From assembly GCF_964204865.1 (NCBI RefSeq), contig NC_135264.1:9052001-9116000 (forward strand): 64,000 nt of DNA, in the 5' to 3' direction. This stretch comes from Styela clava (lineage: Eukaryota). The notes under the pieces were generated by a model that was not told the origin of the DNA, ran no database searches, and worked only from the letters and a program-made list of their open reading frames with translations. Positions within the stretch are counted from its first letter, which is position 1. Each line of letters begins with the position of its first letter. Both the position numbers and the translations under genes were made by a program. Below, in pieces: positions 60,318 to 64,000 of the stretch.

Positions 60318-62475
60318 CTGATGACAAAGATAAATTATTAATTATTAGTATGTTGTCTCATTTCTCGAAGAATTAAGGCCCAAATTCTCATTCCAGAATA
60401 CAAAGAAATATACGGTAAGTGTATTGTAGATTGTTGTATTTAATCTGTGACTAAATATAACTCGTTTTGAAATACAATTAGTTGTAAATTCACCACATTG
60501 CTATGAATGCCTGCATCTTAAAACATTGAATGAATGCTCTCGGATATACTAAATAGATTTATCATGCATAGGCCTACTATATCTTATCCCAACTGAGCCA
60601 TAGTGGAAGCTCACCCTTTATCGGGGGTTTAAACTTTGCGAAATTCGTCATGCAGAGTAATATAATCCGACCCGCGCTGCTTCACTGAATTATAGTAACA
60701 AAACAGCTGTTTTGACAAATATATACTTTACATGACAGAATTTATTGTGAGTAGACTAAATTATATTATAATCTAACAAGCTGAGTTGAGTAATGAGTAA
60801 TAATTTAATTCAATTAGACAAATGGCAACAAAACGCAGAAAAGTTGATGCTAAGTGCAAAGGGTTTGTAACAAATTTGCAATTTGACACTTTAAATCATC
60901 GAATATTACCCCAATTAATCTTAAAAACTTGACTTTCGACTTAGCACCTGTAAATTTCCTCGAACATAAAAAGATTCATACACATGGGACAATGAAATCA
61001 TCGCTATTTTTAAACCAAAACTGGGTCATTTCATAAACTTTACAAGATTTGACCTAAATAATAGTGCCTATAAAATAAGAAATTATGGTGCACATCCTAA
61101 ATTCCTCCTATCAAAAACAAGACAAACTAGAATTTGATTGGTTGAGGAAAAACCTTCTTCCCGAAAAAGTCCACTAAATTGAGAAACCCCCAATTCCATT
61201 TAAATAGACTGATCGGGACAAAGAAAATAGAGTGGTGGAAGAAAGGTTAGCTGTTCTAGTTAATTTTGCTGTTATCTTATGGACAATGCTATATAAGGTA
61301 CAATTTATATTTTATGATTTAAGTCGTGTTTTATAATTTCTTGTAATTGTCGATCGTAATTTGTTTAACCGGAGCAATAAAATAATACTAAAGGATGGAT
61401 ATTGAGTTAATCTGTTACATAAAATTAACAGGAGCTCCCAATTTGAGCACGTATAACTTCTGATTAATATAATTAATTTATATCGGAGTCTAGATAGTAG
61501 GAGCCCAATATATATCAAAGTAGTAAACTAGACAACATCAACTAACAAAGAAGATAGCCAACAGCAGCAACATGTTGCCGAAAATATTCAAATGGAATTT
61601 TTCGAAATGCAATGCAATGAGAAAATAAATCTATATTCTATTCGTGATTTTTATCACTGCTTCAATTTTATTATAAAAAGTATCATCCTTTCGGTTTTCA
61701 ACTTTGCGGAACGCCAATGACTCACAACCCTTAATTTTGATCCGCGAACGACAAAAGGTTGCCGACCTCTGTTGTACGTGGTCGCAACAGAAAAATCCCC
61801 TATTCCTTATGAAAAACACCCGGGCTCAGCGTTAGAAATAAGCTTAGCATCGCACTTCTGATTACCCTGAGTGAGATAGCAGATTTTGATCCCATGCAAG
61901 GATAGTTGTGTGTGAGACAATTGCTGGATTTAAATTTGTTTCGCGGCCCCTTGCAGGGCCGTGGCCCCTTGCAGGGCCGTGGCCCCTAGTTTGGGAAGCC
62001 CTGGTCTATACTAAAGTACTAAAAGGCATCACAAAAAGTTTTGAAAATACAGGGTGATCAGACCAAGTGTAGACAAATGTTTATAAAATATCTATGATAT
62101 AAATGTGAGAGAAGAAAAAAATTATTTTGCAGAAAATAGCAGTATGAAGATAAATAATAAAATTCATTGTTATTTTATGATATATCTTCCCTTTGCCTTC
62201 ACTACACGCCTCAATCTGGTTGGAACTTGACTGCACGAGGCACATATGGTTTCTTCTGAAATTTTGTCTCAACAAGTCATCAATCTGTGCCTTAGAGCAG
62301 TTGTTCTAAACCAGAGTTATGCGCAACAATTAACTTTTGTATTTGCTAAACGCTGTTTGTAGCGCTACTAGTTTTTGTCCTTTAAAGATTGCTCTCTTCT
62401 GTTACTGCCTACCTAATACGAAACAGGCATGTGTTGCCATTTTGCGTGTTACTTCACAATACATCTTATCATAAC

Positions 62476-62857
62476 TATTGCTGGGCATTTCAAATCGAAT
62501 AGTAAATTATTCGAATCAGTTTAGAGCAAAATTTCAAATCACCGCCATCTTTTTTTTTTTTCCGCCAATGGTCGAGGTAAATTTCTTATTTTTTTTTTAA
62601 TTTTTCAACGCAATTCTGACATACGACTCTTTTCTGTAGTGAATTATTGATGAAAACTTTTTTTTAATGTATGTAAACGCTCAGCAATATGTCTGAGTGA
62701 TATGTTCTACGTTTTCAGTAATTTATGTGTCTGGAGGACCTAATACAATAAGAAAGTTATATACAATTTTATATCTCCCAGGTATTTGAGATTCGATTTG
62801 AAAAAAATATTCGATCCGATTCTGAAATCATCAGGTATTCGTAAATGCCCAGCCCTA
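62476..62857. mobile_element. hAT-type MITE, same family as 34011-34364
   Basis: TATTGCTGGGCATTT...AAATGCCCAGCCCTA; TSD ATCATAAC/ATCAAAAC. Confidence 0.85.
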
Positions 62858-63274
62858 ATCAAAACCACTAAATTATCCAAAACCTCGGACGAATAAATTT
62901 TGATCAGTGCTAGCCGCTATTTTTTTACATTCCTATTGTAGATATTTCAATAAACATTTGTCTCTACAAACAGAGAAGTGTCATAGGAAAGTTTCCAAAA
63001 TAATTTTCTTCACCAACAGACAGAATTTCACATACAAATAATTGAAACATTTATATGATTGCTAGGCATGTGAGCTATATGCAATGAAATGGAAGTATTG
63101 GATATGAACTATTGTTGCTGCAAAGTACAAATCATTCACTCAACATACAAAAAAGGTAGTGAGGTTTATATACATTGTACTCAATTAACCCCATATGCTC
63201 AATAACCCCCCTCCCCCCCTACTATTCTAATCTCAAAATCTAACATGTTTAAGTACAGAAAACATACATATTAT

Positions 63275-64000
63275 TAGAGCTGTCCAAGCGAACCAAATAT
63301 TCGAAATCAAATCGAATCGCAAATTATTCGAATCGTTTTTGGCTAATTTTCGAATCATAAAGCGGAAACCACCTTTGCAGGACATTTTTTATCGGGCAAG
63401 CGGCGGCGCTTCGAGTTTAGACCACTCTCGCTCCTGGCTTAATTGGTTTCCCGATATTTCTCTCGCCTTCATTTTGTGATAAACATGTCATTCTAAATGC
63501 CCGCCCGTTGGCACGTGATTAGCCATTTCCTGCATGGTCATCATAACTTGACATAAGTTATCGGTAATGACGTTTTTGAGTGAGAACAAGGAGAAAAAGG
63601 CAATCTAGGAAACGATAATTCTATAAATAGAATCGATTTGAAGCTGTTAAGTTAGTTATCATAGGAACTTGGTACAGGCAACTCGAAGCTGAAACAGGCA
63701 ATACTGGCATTCTGGCAATACTGTATTATCCATCTATATACCAAGACAAATAATTGCACTCTTGAATTTTGATGACTGTTTTACACTAATAAGATTATGG
63801 TCTTCAAACTAGCTTCGAATTTGTTAAATGTAATTTTGAATTTGAGCAACAGTTTTATCTATATTAATGGTTGTTATTATTTTGCTAAAAATTACACAAA
63901 AAAAATATAACCCTAGTGAACAGGATTAAAATAGCATCTACAGGCTTTACATGTCCTTTTAAAACTGAATCCATCAGAATTGAGATTGCAATTTTTACTT
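63275..64000. mobile_element. Probable DNA-transposon insertion running off the window
   Basis: Homology to gene C intron 11 stops abruptly at TAGAGCTG..., followed by TTCGAA/ATCGAA subterminal motifs like the other TAGGG-type elements. Other end not visible. Confidence 0.45.

Noticed and set aside
60780-61560. Coding-like A-rich stretch in gene D intron 11
   Set aside because: Possibly a decayed retroelement fragment, but no motif I can identify and no sustained ORF.

Overview
AT-rich eukaryotic (invertebrate-like, compact-intron) genomic DNA. A tunicate origin is plausible but cannot be proven from this window. Most of the window is a cluster of four paralogous multi-exon genes oriented A(-) B(+) C(+) D(-). 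Hand-splicing across GT..AG introns gives two complete 18-exon genes: A (15349->3637, about 861 aa) and C (29970->50555, about 884 aa). Both encode a type II membrane astacin-family (M12A) zinc metalloprotease with this layout: short basic N-tail, signal-anchor, antistasin-like Cys module, F/Y-Q-G-D propeptide, astacin domain ([19 protein letters not shown]; Met-turn SVMQY), five TSP1 repeats, a Thr-rich VNTR, a sixth TSP1 repeat, and three FG-GAP-like repeats. B (15938-24437) is truncated at both ends and has a dead exon-9 donor but a stop-free catalytic domain. Only the last 7 exons of D are in the window. The paralogs show a hypervariable active-site cleft against a near-invariant C-terminus, patchy gene-conversion-like identity, and two apparent splice-site rescue events. 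Non-coding space holds an ~810-bp-arm inverted repeat, a degraded CR1/L2-type LINE, further LINE remnants, a tRNA-derived SINE family, and many hAT and Tc1/mariner non-autonomous elements with visible TSDs. No rRNA, true tRNA or CRISPR was found. All splice models were read by eye and need RNA confirmation.
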